Made by a program: the position numbers and the translations under genes. 64,000 nt of DNA from the human T2T-CHM13v2.0 reference genome, Homo sapiens. Of this stretch, positions 1-12,500 are shown in pieces; the stretch's first letter is position 1; each line of letters begins with the position of its first letter. Location: the NCBI RefSeq assembly GCF_009914755.1, contig NC_060948.1; one strand, given 5' to 3'. The notes under the pieces are model-generated. The model ran no database searches. It saw only the letters and a list, made by a program, of their open reading frames with translations, and had not been told where the DNA came from.

Positions 1-970
1 GAGTCGAATGGAATTGAATGGAATGGAATGGACTAGAGTGATATGGAATCGAACCACAAGGAATGGAGAGGAATAGAATGGTCTCGAATTGAATGGAATC
101 GTATGGAGTGGCATCAAACGGAATGGAATGGACAGCCACGGAATGGAATGCACTCGAATGCAATGGAGTCGAAACTAATGGACTGGAATAGAATGGACTC
201 GACTGGTACGGACTCCAATGGAATGGAATCGAATGGAAGGGAATCGAACGGAATGGACTCGAAGGGAAAAGACTGCAATGGAAAGGTCTCGAATGGAATG
301 GAAATTAATGGAATGGAATGGAATCGAATGAAATGGAGTCAAAAGGAATGGAATCGAATGGCAACAAATCGAATGTAATGGAATCGCAAGGAATTGATGT
401 GAAAGGAACGGAATGGAATGGAATCCAAAGGAATGGAATAGAATGGAATGGAATCGAATGGAAAGGACTCGAATGGAAATCACTCGAATAGAATGCAATT
501 TAATAAAATAGGATCAAATGTAATGGAATGGAATGGAAAGGAATCGAAACGAAAGGAATGGAGACAGATGGAATGGAATGGAACAGAGAGCAATGGTATA
601 GAATGGAATGGAATCATCTGGAATGGAATTGAATGGAATGGAATAATATGAAATGGAATGGAATGGAATGGAATGGAATGCCCTTGAATTAAATGGACTG
701 GAATGGAATGGACTCGAACAGAGTGGAATGGAAAGTGTTGAGATAGAATGGAATGGACTCCTTTGGAATGGTGTAGTATGCAATGCAATCGACTGGCAGG
801 GAATCAAAAGGAATGTAATGGAATGGACTGGACTGGAATGCAATGGACTCGAATAGATTGGAAACGGAATGCAAAGAAATGGAATGGAATAGTATGGAAT
901 GGAATGGAAAGGAATGGAGTGGAATAGACTAGAGTGGAATGGAATGGACTGGAAAGCAATGGACTGGAAT

Positions 971-985
971 GGAACTTTCTTGAAT
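971..985. promoter_or_regulatory. Perfect tripartite heat-shock element (gGAActTTCttGAAt); first of 18 copies, one per DYZ1 unit
   Basis: Exact match to the nGAAnnTTCnnGAAn consensus. The same motif is present at the equivalent position of every unit (e.g. 4525, 8084, 11643 ... 61539). Binding is not demonstrated. Confidence 0.55.
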
Positions 986-2445
986 GGACTGGAATCAAAC
1001 GGAATGGAATGCAATGCAATCAAATGGCATGGAATAAAATAGAATGAAAGAGAATCAAATGGAATTGAATCGAATGGAATCGAATGGATTGGAAAGGAAT
1101 AGAATGGAATGGAATGGAATGGACTCAAATGGAATGGACTAGAATGGAATGGATTCGAATGGAAGGCAAAGGAATGGAATCTACTGGAATGGACTGTAAT
1201 GGAATGGAATGGAAGGGATTGGAATGGACTCGAATGGAATGGACTGCAATAGAAAGGATTCGAATGGAATGAAAAAGAATTGAATGGAATAGAACAGAAT
1301 GGAATCAAATCGAATGAAATGGAATGGAATAGAAAGGAATGGAATGAAATGGAATGGAAAGGATTCGAATGGAATGCAATCGAATGGAATGGAATTGAAC
1401 GGAATGGAATAAAATGGAAGAAAACTGGCAAGAAATGGAATCGAAATGAATGGAGTGTTATGGAACGGACTCAAAAGGAATTGAATGTAATAGAATGGAG
1501 TGGAGTGGACTCGAATATAATGGACTGGAATGGAATGAAATCACATGGAATGGGAACGAATGGAATGGAATGGAAAGGAATGGAATCGAATGGAAAGGAA
1601 TCGAATGGAAGGGAATGAAATTGAATCAACAGGAATGGAAGGGAATAGAATAGACGGTAATGGAATGGACTCGAATAGAATGGACACGAATGCTCAAATT
1701 AAATGGACTCGAATGGAATGGAAACGAAAGGAATGTCATCGAATGGAATTGAATCGATTGGAATGAAATCGCATAGAATGGAGTGGAATCAAATGGAATT
1801 GAATCGAAAGGAAAGGAAGCGAATGGACTGAAATGAAATGGAATGGAATTGAATGGAAAGTAACGCAATGGAATAGAATGGAACGAAATTTCACGGAATG
1901 GAATCAAACTGAATGGAATCAAATCAATGGAATCAAATCAAATGGAATGGAAAGGAATTGAATGGAGTAGATTGGATTGGATGGGATTGGAATGAAATGT
2001 ACTGGAAAGGACTCGAATTTCATGAAACGGAATGGAATGAATTGGAACGGAATGGACTCGAATGGAATGGAATGTCATGGAATGGCATCAAATGGAATGG
2101 CATCAAATGGAATGGAATCGAATGCAATGGAATGCTATGGAATGGAATGGAATGCATTGGAATGGAATGTCCTCTAATGGAATGGATTCGAGTGGAATGG
2201 AATCGAATATAATGGAGTCGAATGAAATGGAATTGAAAGGAATGGGATCGAATAGAATGGAATATACTGGAATGTAATGTAATGAACTCGAATGTAATTG
2301 ACTGGAATGGAATGTACATGAATGGAATGTAATCGAATGGAAAGTAATCCAATGGAATAGAATCTAATGCAATAAAACCGACTCAGATAGAGTAGAATGT
2401 AATGGAATGGAGTGCAGTGCAATGGAAGGGAATGGAATTGAATGC

Positions 2446-2495
2446 AATGGAATGGAATGGAATGGAATGGAATGGAATGGAATGGAATGGAATGG
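2446..2495 (+). repeat. Pure (AATGG)n tract; the main length-variable segment of each DYZ1 unit (first copy)
   Basis: Ten uninterrupted pentamers lie between GAGTGCAGTGC and GGATAGTAAT. Copy number and interruptions differ between units (e.g. near 6005, 9555, 13120, 16695, 20275, 48790). Confidence 0.9.
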
Positions 2496-3218
2496 GATGG
2501 AATGGTATGGAATGGATAGTAATGGACTGGAGTGAAATGGACTGGAAAGGAATGGACTCAAATTGAAAGGGCTCGAAAGGAATGGAGTCAAATGGAATGG
2601 TCTGGAATGGAATGAACACGAATGTAATGCAATCCAATAGAATGGAATCGAATGGCATGGAATATAAAGAAATGGAATCGAAGAGAATGGAAACAAATGG
2701 AATGGAATTGAATGGAATGGGAACGAATGGAGTGAAATTGTATGCAGTAGAAGGGAATAGAATGGAATGCAAGCGAAAGGAAAGGAATGGATTGGAATGG
2801 AATGGAATTCATTGGAATGGAAGGGAATGTAGTGTAATGGACAGGCCTGGAATAAAGTGGAATGCTACGGTCTCGAATGGAATAAAAATGTATGGAATGG
2901 AATGCAATGAAACGGAATCGAATGTCATAGAATGTAATGGAATGCAAAAAAATGGAATCCAAAATCATTGACTGGAAAGGCTGGGTGTCGAAAGGAATTG
3001 ACTCCAATGGAATGGAATCGAATGGAATGGAAGTGAATAGAATCGAACTAAATCGAATGGAATGGAATTGATAGGAACGGAATGGAAAGGAATGCAATGA
3101 TTTGGCATGGAATGGAATCGAATGGCATCGAATGGAATGGAATGGAATGCAATGGAATGGAATGTATTAGAATGTAATGAACTTTAATGGAATGTACTCG
3201 AATGGATTCGACTGGAAT

Positions 3219-3233
3219 GGAATGTTCTGGAAG
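3219..3233. promoter_or_regulatory. Perfect tripartite heat-shock element (gGAAtgTTCtgGAAg); first of 17 copies
   Basis: Exact nGAAnnTTCnnGAAn match, repeated at the same position in each unit. Binding is not demonstrated. Confidence 0.55.
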
Positions 3234-3498
3234 TGAATGGACTCCAATGGAATGGATTCAAAAGGAATGGAATCGTACGGAATGGAATCTAATGGAATGG
3301 AATTAAATGGAAATGAATCAAATTGAATAGCACGGAATTGAATTGAATGGAATGGAATGCAATGGAATCTAATGAAATGGAAAGGAAAGGAATGGAATGG
3401 AATGGAATGGACTGGAATGGAAAGGAATCGAAACGAATGGAATGGAATCGAACTGAAGAGACTGGAATGGAATGCACTGGAATGGAAGGGAGTGTAAT

Positions 3499-3513
3499 GG
3501 AAGGTTCTCGAAA
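3499..3513. promoter_or_regulatory. Perfect tripartite heat-shock element (gGAAggTTCtcGAAa); first of 17 copies
   Basis: Exact nGAAnnTTCnnGAAn match, repeated at the same position in each unit. Binding is not demonstrated. Confidence 0.55.
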
Positions 3514-6500
3514 AAAATGGAATCGAATGGAATGGAATTGAATGGAACGGAATAGAGTCGAATGGAATTGAATGGAATGGAATGGACTAGAGTGAAATGG
3601 AATCGAACCACAAGGAATGGACATGAATAGAATGGTCTCGAATTGAATGGAATCGTATGGAATGGCATCAAACGGAATGGAATGGACAGCCACGGAATGG
3701 AATGCACTCGAATGCAATGGAGTCGAAACTAATGGACTGGAATAGAATGGACTCGACTGGTACGGACTCCAATGGAATGGAATCGAATGGAAGGGAATCG
3801 AACGGAATGGACTCGAAGGGAAAAGACTGCAATGGAAAGGTCTCGAATGGAATGGAAATTAATGGAATGGAATGGAATCGAATGAAATGTAGTCAAAAGG
3901 AATGGAATCGTATGGCAAGAAATCGAATGTAATGGAATCACAAGGAATTGATGTGAACGGAACGGAATGGAATGGAATCCAAAGGAATGGAATAGAATGG
4001 AATGGAATCGAATGGAAAGGACTCGAATGGAAATCACTCGAATAGAATGCAATTTAATAAAATAGGATCAAATGTAATGGAATGGAATGAAAAGGAATCG
4101 AAACGAAAGGAATGGAGACAGATGGAATGGAATGGAACAGAGAGCAATGGTATAGAATGGAATGGAATCATCTGGAATGGAATTGAATGGAATGGAATAA
4201 TATGAAATGGAATGGAATGGAATGGAATGGAATGCCCTTGAATTAAATGGACTGGAATGGAATGGACTCGAACAGAGTGGAATGGAAAGTGTTGAGATAG
4301 AATGGAATGGACTCCTTTGGAATGGTGTAGTATGCAATGCAATCGACTGGCAGGGAATCAAAAGGAATGTAATCGAATGGATTGGACTGGAATGCAATGG
4401 ACTCGAATAGATTGGAAACGGGATGCAAAGGAATGGAATGGAATAGTATGGAATGGAATGGAAAGGAATGGAGTGGAATAGACTAGAGTGGAATGGAATG
4501 GACTGGAAAGCAATGGACTGGAATGGAACTTTCTTGAATGGACTGGAATCAAACGGAATGGAATGCAATGCAATCAAATGGCATGGAATAAAATAGAATG
4601 AAAGAGAATCAAATGGAATTGAATCGAATGGAATCGAATGGATTGGAAAGGAATAGAATGGAATGGAATGGAATTGACTCAAATGGAATGGACTAGAATG
4701 GAATGGATTCGAATGGAAGGCAAAGGAATGGAATCTATTGGAATGGCCTGTAATGGAATGGAATGGAAGGGATTGGAATGGACTCGAATGGAATGGACTG
4801 CTATAGAAAGGATTCGAATGGAATGAAAAAGAATTGAATGGAATAGAACAGAATGGAATCAAATCGAATGAAATGGAATGGAATAGAAAGGAATGGAATG
4901 AAATGGAATGGAAAGGATTCGAATGGAATGCAATCGAATGGAATGGAATCGAACGGAATGGAATAAAATGGAAGAAAACTGGCAAGAAATGGAATCGAAA
5001 TGAATGGAGTGTTATGGAACGGACTCAAAAGGAATTGAATGTAATAGAATGGAGTGGAGTGGACTCGAATATAATGGACTGGAATGGAATGAAATCACAT
5101 GGAATGGGAACGAATGGAATGGAATGGAAAGGAATGGAATCGAATGGAAAGGAATCGAATGGAAGGGAATGAAATTGAATCAACAGGAATGGAAGGGAAT
5201 AGAATAGACGGTAATGGAATGGACTCGAATAGAATGGACACGAATGCTCAAATTGAATGGACTCGAATGGAATGGAAACGAAAGGAATGTCATCGAATGG
5301 AATTGAATCGATTGGAATGAAATCGCACAGAATGGAGTGGAATCAAATGGAATTGAATCGAAAGGAAAGGAAGCGAATGGACTGAAATGAAATGGAATGG
5401 AATTGAATGGAAAGTAATGCAATGGAATAGAATGGAACGAAATTTCACGGAATGGAATCAAACTGAATGGAATCAAATCAATGGAATCAAATCAAATGGA
5501 ATGGAAAGGAATTGAATGGAGTAGATTGGATTGGATGGGATTGGAATGAAATGTACTGGAAAGGACTCGAATTTCATGAAACGGAATGGAATGAATTGGA
5601 ACGGAATGGACTCGAATGGAATGGAATGTCATGGAATGGCATCAAATGGAATGGCATCAAATGGAATGGAATCGAATGCAATGGAATGCTATGGAATGGA
5701 ATGGAATGCATTGGAATGGAATGTCCTCTAATGGAATGGATTCGAGTGGAATGGAATCGAATATAATGGAGTCGAATGAAATGGAATTGAAAGGAATGGG
5801 ATCGAATACAATGGAATATACTGGAATGTAATGTAATGAACTCGAATGTAATTGACTGGAATGGAATGTACATGAATGGAATGTAATCGAATGGAAAGTA
5901 ATCCAATGGAATAGAATCTAATGCAATATAATCGACTCAGATAGAGTAGAATGTAATGGAATGGAGTGCAGTGCAATGGAATGGAATGGAATGGAATGCA
6001 ATTGAATGGAATGGAATGGAATGGAATGGAATGGAATGGGATGGAATGGTATGGAATGGATAGTAATGGACTGGAGTGAAATGGACTGGAAAGGAATGGA
6101 CTCAAATTGAAAGGGCTCGAAAGGAATGGAGTCAAATGGAATGGTCTGGAATGGAATGAACACGAATGTAATGCAATCCAATAGAATGGAATCGAATGGC
6201 ATGGAATATAAAGAAATGGAATCGGAGAGAATGGAAACAAATGGAATGGAATTGAATGGAATGGAATTGAATGGAATGGGAACGAATGGAGTGAAATTGT
6301 ATGCAGTAGAAGGGAATAGAATGGAATGCAAGCGAAAGGAAAGGAATGGATTGGAATGGAATGGAATTCATTGGAATGGAAGGGAATGTAGTGTAATGGA
6401 CAGGCCTGGAATAAAGTGGAATGCTACGGTCTCGAATGGAATAAAAATGTATGGAATGGAATGCAATGAAACGGAATCGAATGTCATAGAATGTAATGGA

Positions 6501-9500
6501 ATGCAAAAAAATGGAATCCTAAATCATTGACTGGAAAGGCTGGGTGTCGAAAGGAATTGACTCCAATGGAATGGAATCGAATGGAATGGAAGTGAATAGA
6601 ATCGAACTAAATCGAATGGAATGGAATTGATAGGAACGGAATGGAAAGGAATGCAATGATTTGGCATGGAATGGAATCGAATGGCATCGAATGGAATGGA
6701 ATGGAATGCAATGGAATGGAATGTATTAGAATGTAATGAACTTTAATGGAATGTACTCGAATGGATTCGACTGGAATGGAATGTTCTGGAAGTGAATGGA
6801 CTCCAATGGAATGGATTCAAAAGGAATGGAATCGTACGGAAAGGAATCTAATGGAATGGAATTAAATGGAAATGAATCAAATTGAATAGCACGGAATTGA
6901 ATTGAATGGAATGGAATGCAATGGAATCTAATGAAACGGAAAGGAAAGGAATGGAATGGAATGGAATGGGCTGGAATGGAAAGGAATCGAAACGAATGGA
7001 ATGGAATCGAACTGAAGAGACTGGAACGGAATGCACTGGAATGGAAGGGAGTGTAATGGAAGGTTCTCGAAAAAAATGGAATCGAATGGAATGGAATTGA
7101 ATGGAACGGAATAGAGTCGAATGGAATTGAATGGAATGGAATGGACTAGAGTGAAATGGAATCGAACCACAAGGAATGGAGAGGAATAGAATGGTCTCGA
7201 ATTGAATGGAATCGTATGGAATGGCATCAAACGGAATGGAATGGACAGCCACGGAATGGAATGCACTCGAATGCAATGGAGTCGAAACTAATGGACTGGA
7301 ATAGAATGGACTCGACTGGTACGGACTCCAATGGAATGGAATCGAATGGAAGGGAATCGAACGGAATGGACTCGAAGGGAAAAGACTGCAATGGAAAGGT
7401 CTCGAATGGAATGGAAATTAATGGAATGGAATGGAATCGAATGAAATGGAGTCAAAAGGAATGGAATCGAATGGCAAGAAATCGAATGTAATGGAATCAC
7501 AAGGAATTGATGTGAACGGAACGGAATGGAATGGAATCCAAAGGAATGGAATAGAATGGAATGGAATCGAATGGAAAGGACTCGAATGGAAATCACTCGA
7601 ATAGAATGCAATTTAATAAAATAGGATCAAATGTAATGGAATGGAATGAAAAGGAATCGAAACGAAAGGAATGGAGACAGATGGAATGGAATGGAACAGA
7701 GAGCAATGGTATAGAATGGAATGGAATCATCTGGAATGGAATTGAATGGAATGGAATAATATGAAATGGAATGGAATGGAATGGAATGGAATGCCCTTGA
7801 ATTAAATGGACTGGAATGGAATGGACTCGAACAGAGTGGAATGGAAAGTGTTGAGATAGAATGGAATGGACTCCTTTGGAATGGTGTAGTATGCAATGCA
7901 ATCGACTGGCAGGGAATCAAAAGGAATGTAATCGAATGGATTGGACTGGAATGCAATGGACTCGAATAGATTGGAAACGGAATGCAAAGGAATGGAATGG
8001 AATAGTATGGAATGGAATGGAAAGGAATGGAGTGGAATAGACTAGAGTGGAATGGAATGGACTGGAAAGCAATGGACTGGAATGGAACTTTCTTGAATGG
8101 ACTGGAATCAAACGGAATGGAATGCAATGCAATCAAATGGCATGGAATAAAATAGAATGAAAGAGAATCAAATGGAATTGAATCGAATGGAATCGAATGG
8201 ATTGGAAAGGAATAGAATGGAATGGAATGGAATTGACTCAAATGGAATGGACTAGAATGGAATGGATTCGAATGGAAGGCAAAGGAATGGAATCTATTGG
8301 AATGGACTGTAATGGAATGGAATGGAAGGGATTGGAATGGACTCGAATGGAATGGACTGCAATAGAAAGGATTCGAATGGAATGAAAAAGAATTGAATGG
8401 AATAGAACAGAATGGAATCAAATCGAATGAAATGGAATGGAATAGAAAGGAATGGAATGAAATGGAATGGAAAGGATTCGAATGGAATGCAATCGAATGG
8501 AATGGAATCGAACGGAATGGAATAAAATGGAAGAAAACTGGCAAGAAATGGAATCGAAATGAATGGAGTGTTATGGAACGGAGTCAAAAGGAATTGAATG
8601 TAATAGAATGGAGTGGAGTGGACTCGAATATAATGGACTGGAATGGAATGAAATCACATGAAATGGGAACGAATGGAATGGAATGGAAAGGAATGGAATC
8701 GAATGGAAAGGAATCGAATGGAAGGGAATGAAATTGAATCAACAGGAATGGAAGGGAATAGAATAGACGGTAATGGAATGGACTCGAATAGAATGGACAG
8801 GAATGCTCAAATTGAATGGACTCGAATGGAATGGAAACGAAATGAATGTCATCGAATGGAATTGAATCGATTGGAATGAAATCATATAGAATGGAGTGGA
8901 ATCAAATGGAATTGAATCGAAAGGAAAGGAAACAAATGGACTGAAATGAAATGGAATGGAATTGAATGGAAAGTTATGTAATGGAATAGAATGGAACGAA
9001 ATTTCACGGAATGGATTCAAACTGAATGGAATCAAATCAATGGAATCAAATCAAATGGAATGGAAAGGAATTGAATGGAGTAGATTGGATTGGATGGGAT
9101 TGGAATGAAATGTACTGGAAAGGACTCGAATTTCATGAAACGGAATGGAATGAATTGGAACGGAACGGACTCGAATGGAATGGAATGTCATGGAATGGCA
9201 TCACATGGAATGGCATCAAATGGAATGGAATCGAATGCAATGGAATGCTATGGAATGGAATGGAATGCATTGGAATGGAATGTCCTCTAATGGAATGGAT
9301 TCGAGTGGAATGGAATCGAATATAATGGAGTCGAATGAAATGGAATTGAAAGGAATGGGATCGAATAGAATGGAATATACTGGAATGTAATGTAATGAAC
9401 TCGAATGTAATTGACTGGAATGGAATGTACATGAATGGAATGTAATCGAATGGAAAGTAATCCAATGGAATAGAATCTAATGCAATAAAATCGACTCAGA

Positions 9501-12500
9501 TAGAGTAGAATGCAATGGAATGGAGTGCAGTGCAATGGAATGGAATGGAATGCAATGGAATGGAATGGAATGGAATGGAATGGAATGGAATGGAATGGAA
9601 TGGAATGGTGTGGAATGGATAGTAATGGACTGGAGTGAAATGGACTGGAAAGGAATGGACTCAAATTGAAAGGGCTCGAAAGGAATGGAGTCAAATGGAA
9701 TGGTCTGGAATGGAATGAACACGAATGTAATGCAATCCAATAGAATGGAATCGAATGGCATGGAATATAAAGAAATGGAATCGAAGAGAATGGAAACAAA
9801 TGGAATGGAATTGAGTGGAATCGAATTGAATGGAATGGGAACGAATGGAGTGAAATTGTATGCAGTAGAAGAGAATAGAATGGAATGCAAGCGAAAGGAA
9901 AGGAATGGATTGGAATGGAATGGAATTCATTGGAATGGAAGGGAATGTAGTGTAATGGACAGGCCTGGAATAAAGTGGAATGCTACGGTCTCGAATGGAA
10001 TAAAAATGTATGGAATGGAATGCAATGAAACGGAATCGAATGTCATAGAATGTAATGGAATGCAAAAAAATGGAATCCAAAATCATTGACTGGAAAGGCT
10101 GGGTGTTGAAAGGAATTGACTCCAATGGAATGGAATCGAATGGAATGGAAGTGAATAGAATCGAACTAAATCGAATGGAATGGAATTGATAGGAACGGAA
10201 TGGAAAGGAATGCAATGATTTGGCATGGAATGGAATCGAATGGCATCGAATGGAATGGAATGGAATGCAATGGAATGGAATGTATTAGAATGTAATGAAC
10301 TTTAATGGAATGTACTCGAATGGATTCGACTGGAATGGAATGTTCTGGAAGTGAATGGACTCCAATGGAATGGATTCCAAAGGAATGGAATCGTACGGAA
10401 TGGAATCTAATGGAATGGAATTAAATGGAAATGAATCAAATTGAATAGCACGGAATTGAATTGAATGAAATGGAATGCAATGGAATCTAATGAAACGGAA
10501 AGGAAAGGAATGGAATGGAATGGAATGGGCTGGAATGGAAAGGAATCGAAACGAATGGAATGGAATCGAACTGAAGAGACTGGAATGGAATGCACTGGAA
10601 TGGAAGGGAGTGTAATGGAAGGTTCTCGAAAAAAATGGAATCGAATGGAATGGAATTGAATGGAACGGAATAGAGTCGAATGAAATTGAATGGAATGGAA
10701 TGGACTAGAGTGAAATGGAATCGAACCACAAGGAATGGACAGGAATAGAATGGTCTCGAATTGAATGGAATCGTATGGAATGGCATCAAACGGAATGGAA
10801 TGGACAGCCACGGAATGGAATGCACTCGAATGCAATGGAGTCGAAACTAATGGACTGGAATAGAATGGACTCGACTGGTACGGACTCCAATGGAATGGAA
10901 TCGAATGGAAGGGAATCGAACGGAATGGACTCGAAGGGAAAAGACTGCAATGGAAAGGTCTCGAATGGAATGGAAATTAATGGAATGGAATGGAATCGAA
11001 TGAAATGGAGTCAAAAGGAATGGAATCGAATGGCAAGAAATCGAATGTAATGGAATCGCAAGGAATTGATGTGAACGGAACGGAATGGAATGGAATCCAA
11101 AGGAATGGAATAGAATGGAATGGAATCGAATGGAAAGGACTCGAATGGAAATCACTCGAATAGAATGCAATTTAATAAAATAGGATCAAATGGAATGGAA
11201 TGGAATGGAAAGGAATCGAAACGAAAGGAATGGAGACAGATGGAATGGAATGGAACAGAGAGCAATGCTATAGAATGGAATGGAATCATCTGGAATGGAA
11301 TTGAATGGAATGGAATAATATGAAATGGAATGGAATGGAATGGAATGGAATGCCCTTGAATTAAATGGACTGGAATGGAATGGACTCCAACAGAGTGGAA
11401 TGGAAAGTGTTGAGATAGAATGGAATGGACTCCTTTGGAATGGTGTAGTATGCAATGCAATCGACTGGCAGGGAATCAAAAGGAATGTAATCGAATGGAT
11501 TGGACTGGAATGCAATGGACTCGAATAGATTGGAAACGGAATGCAAAGGAATGGAATGGAATAGTATGGAATGGAATGGAAAGGAATGGAGTGGAATAGA
11601 CTAGAGTGGAATGGAATGGACTGGAAAGCAATGGACTGGAATGGAACTTTCTTGAATGGACTGGAATCAAACGGAATGGAATGCAATGCAATCAAATGGC
11701 ATGGAATAAAATAGAATGAAAGAGAATCAAATGGAATTGAATCGAATGGAATCGAATGGATTGGAAAGGAATAGAATGGAATGGAATGGAATTGACTCAA
11801 ATGGAATGGACTAGAATGGAATGGATTCGAATGGAAGGCAAAGGAATGGAATCTATTGGAATGGACTGTAATGGAATGGAATGGAAGGGATTGGAATGGA
11901 CTCGAATGGAATGGACTGCAATAGAAAGGATTCCAATGGAATGAAAAAGAATTGAATGGAATAGAACAGAATGGAATCAAATCGAATGAAATGGAATGGA
12001 ATAGAAAGGAATGGAATGAAATGGAATGGAAAGGATTCGAATGGAATGCAATCGAATGGAATGGAATCGAACGGAATGGAATAAAATGGAAGAAAACTGG
12101 CAAGAAATGGAATCGAAATGAATGGAGTATTATGGAACGGACTCAAAAGGAATTGAATGTAATAGAATGGAGTGGAGTGGACTCGAATATAATGGACTGG
12201 AATGGAATGAAATCACATGGAATGGGAACGAATGGAATGGAATGGAAAGGAATGGAATCGAATGGAAAGGAATCGAATGGAAGGGAATGAAATTGAATCA
12301 ACAGGAATGGAAGGGAATAGAATAGACGGTAATGGAATGGACTCGAATAGAATGGACACGAATGCTCAAATTGAATGGACTCGAATGGAATGGAAACGAA
12401 AGGAATGTCATCGAATGGAATTGAATCGATTGGAATGAAATCGCATAGAATGGAGTGGAATCAAATGGAATTGAATCGAAAGGAAAGGAAGCGAATGGAC

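Noticed and set aside
502-2860. Several AATAAA hexamers per unit as polyadenylation signals
   Set aside because: They arise easily from GGAAT variants, and no transcript structure or downstream element supports them.
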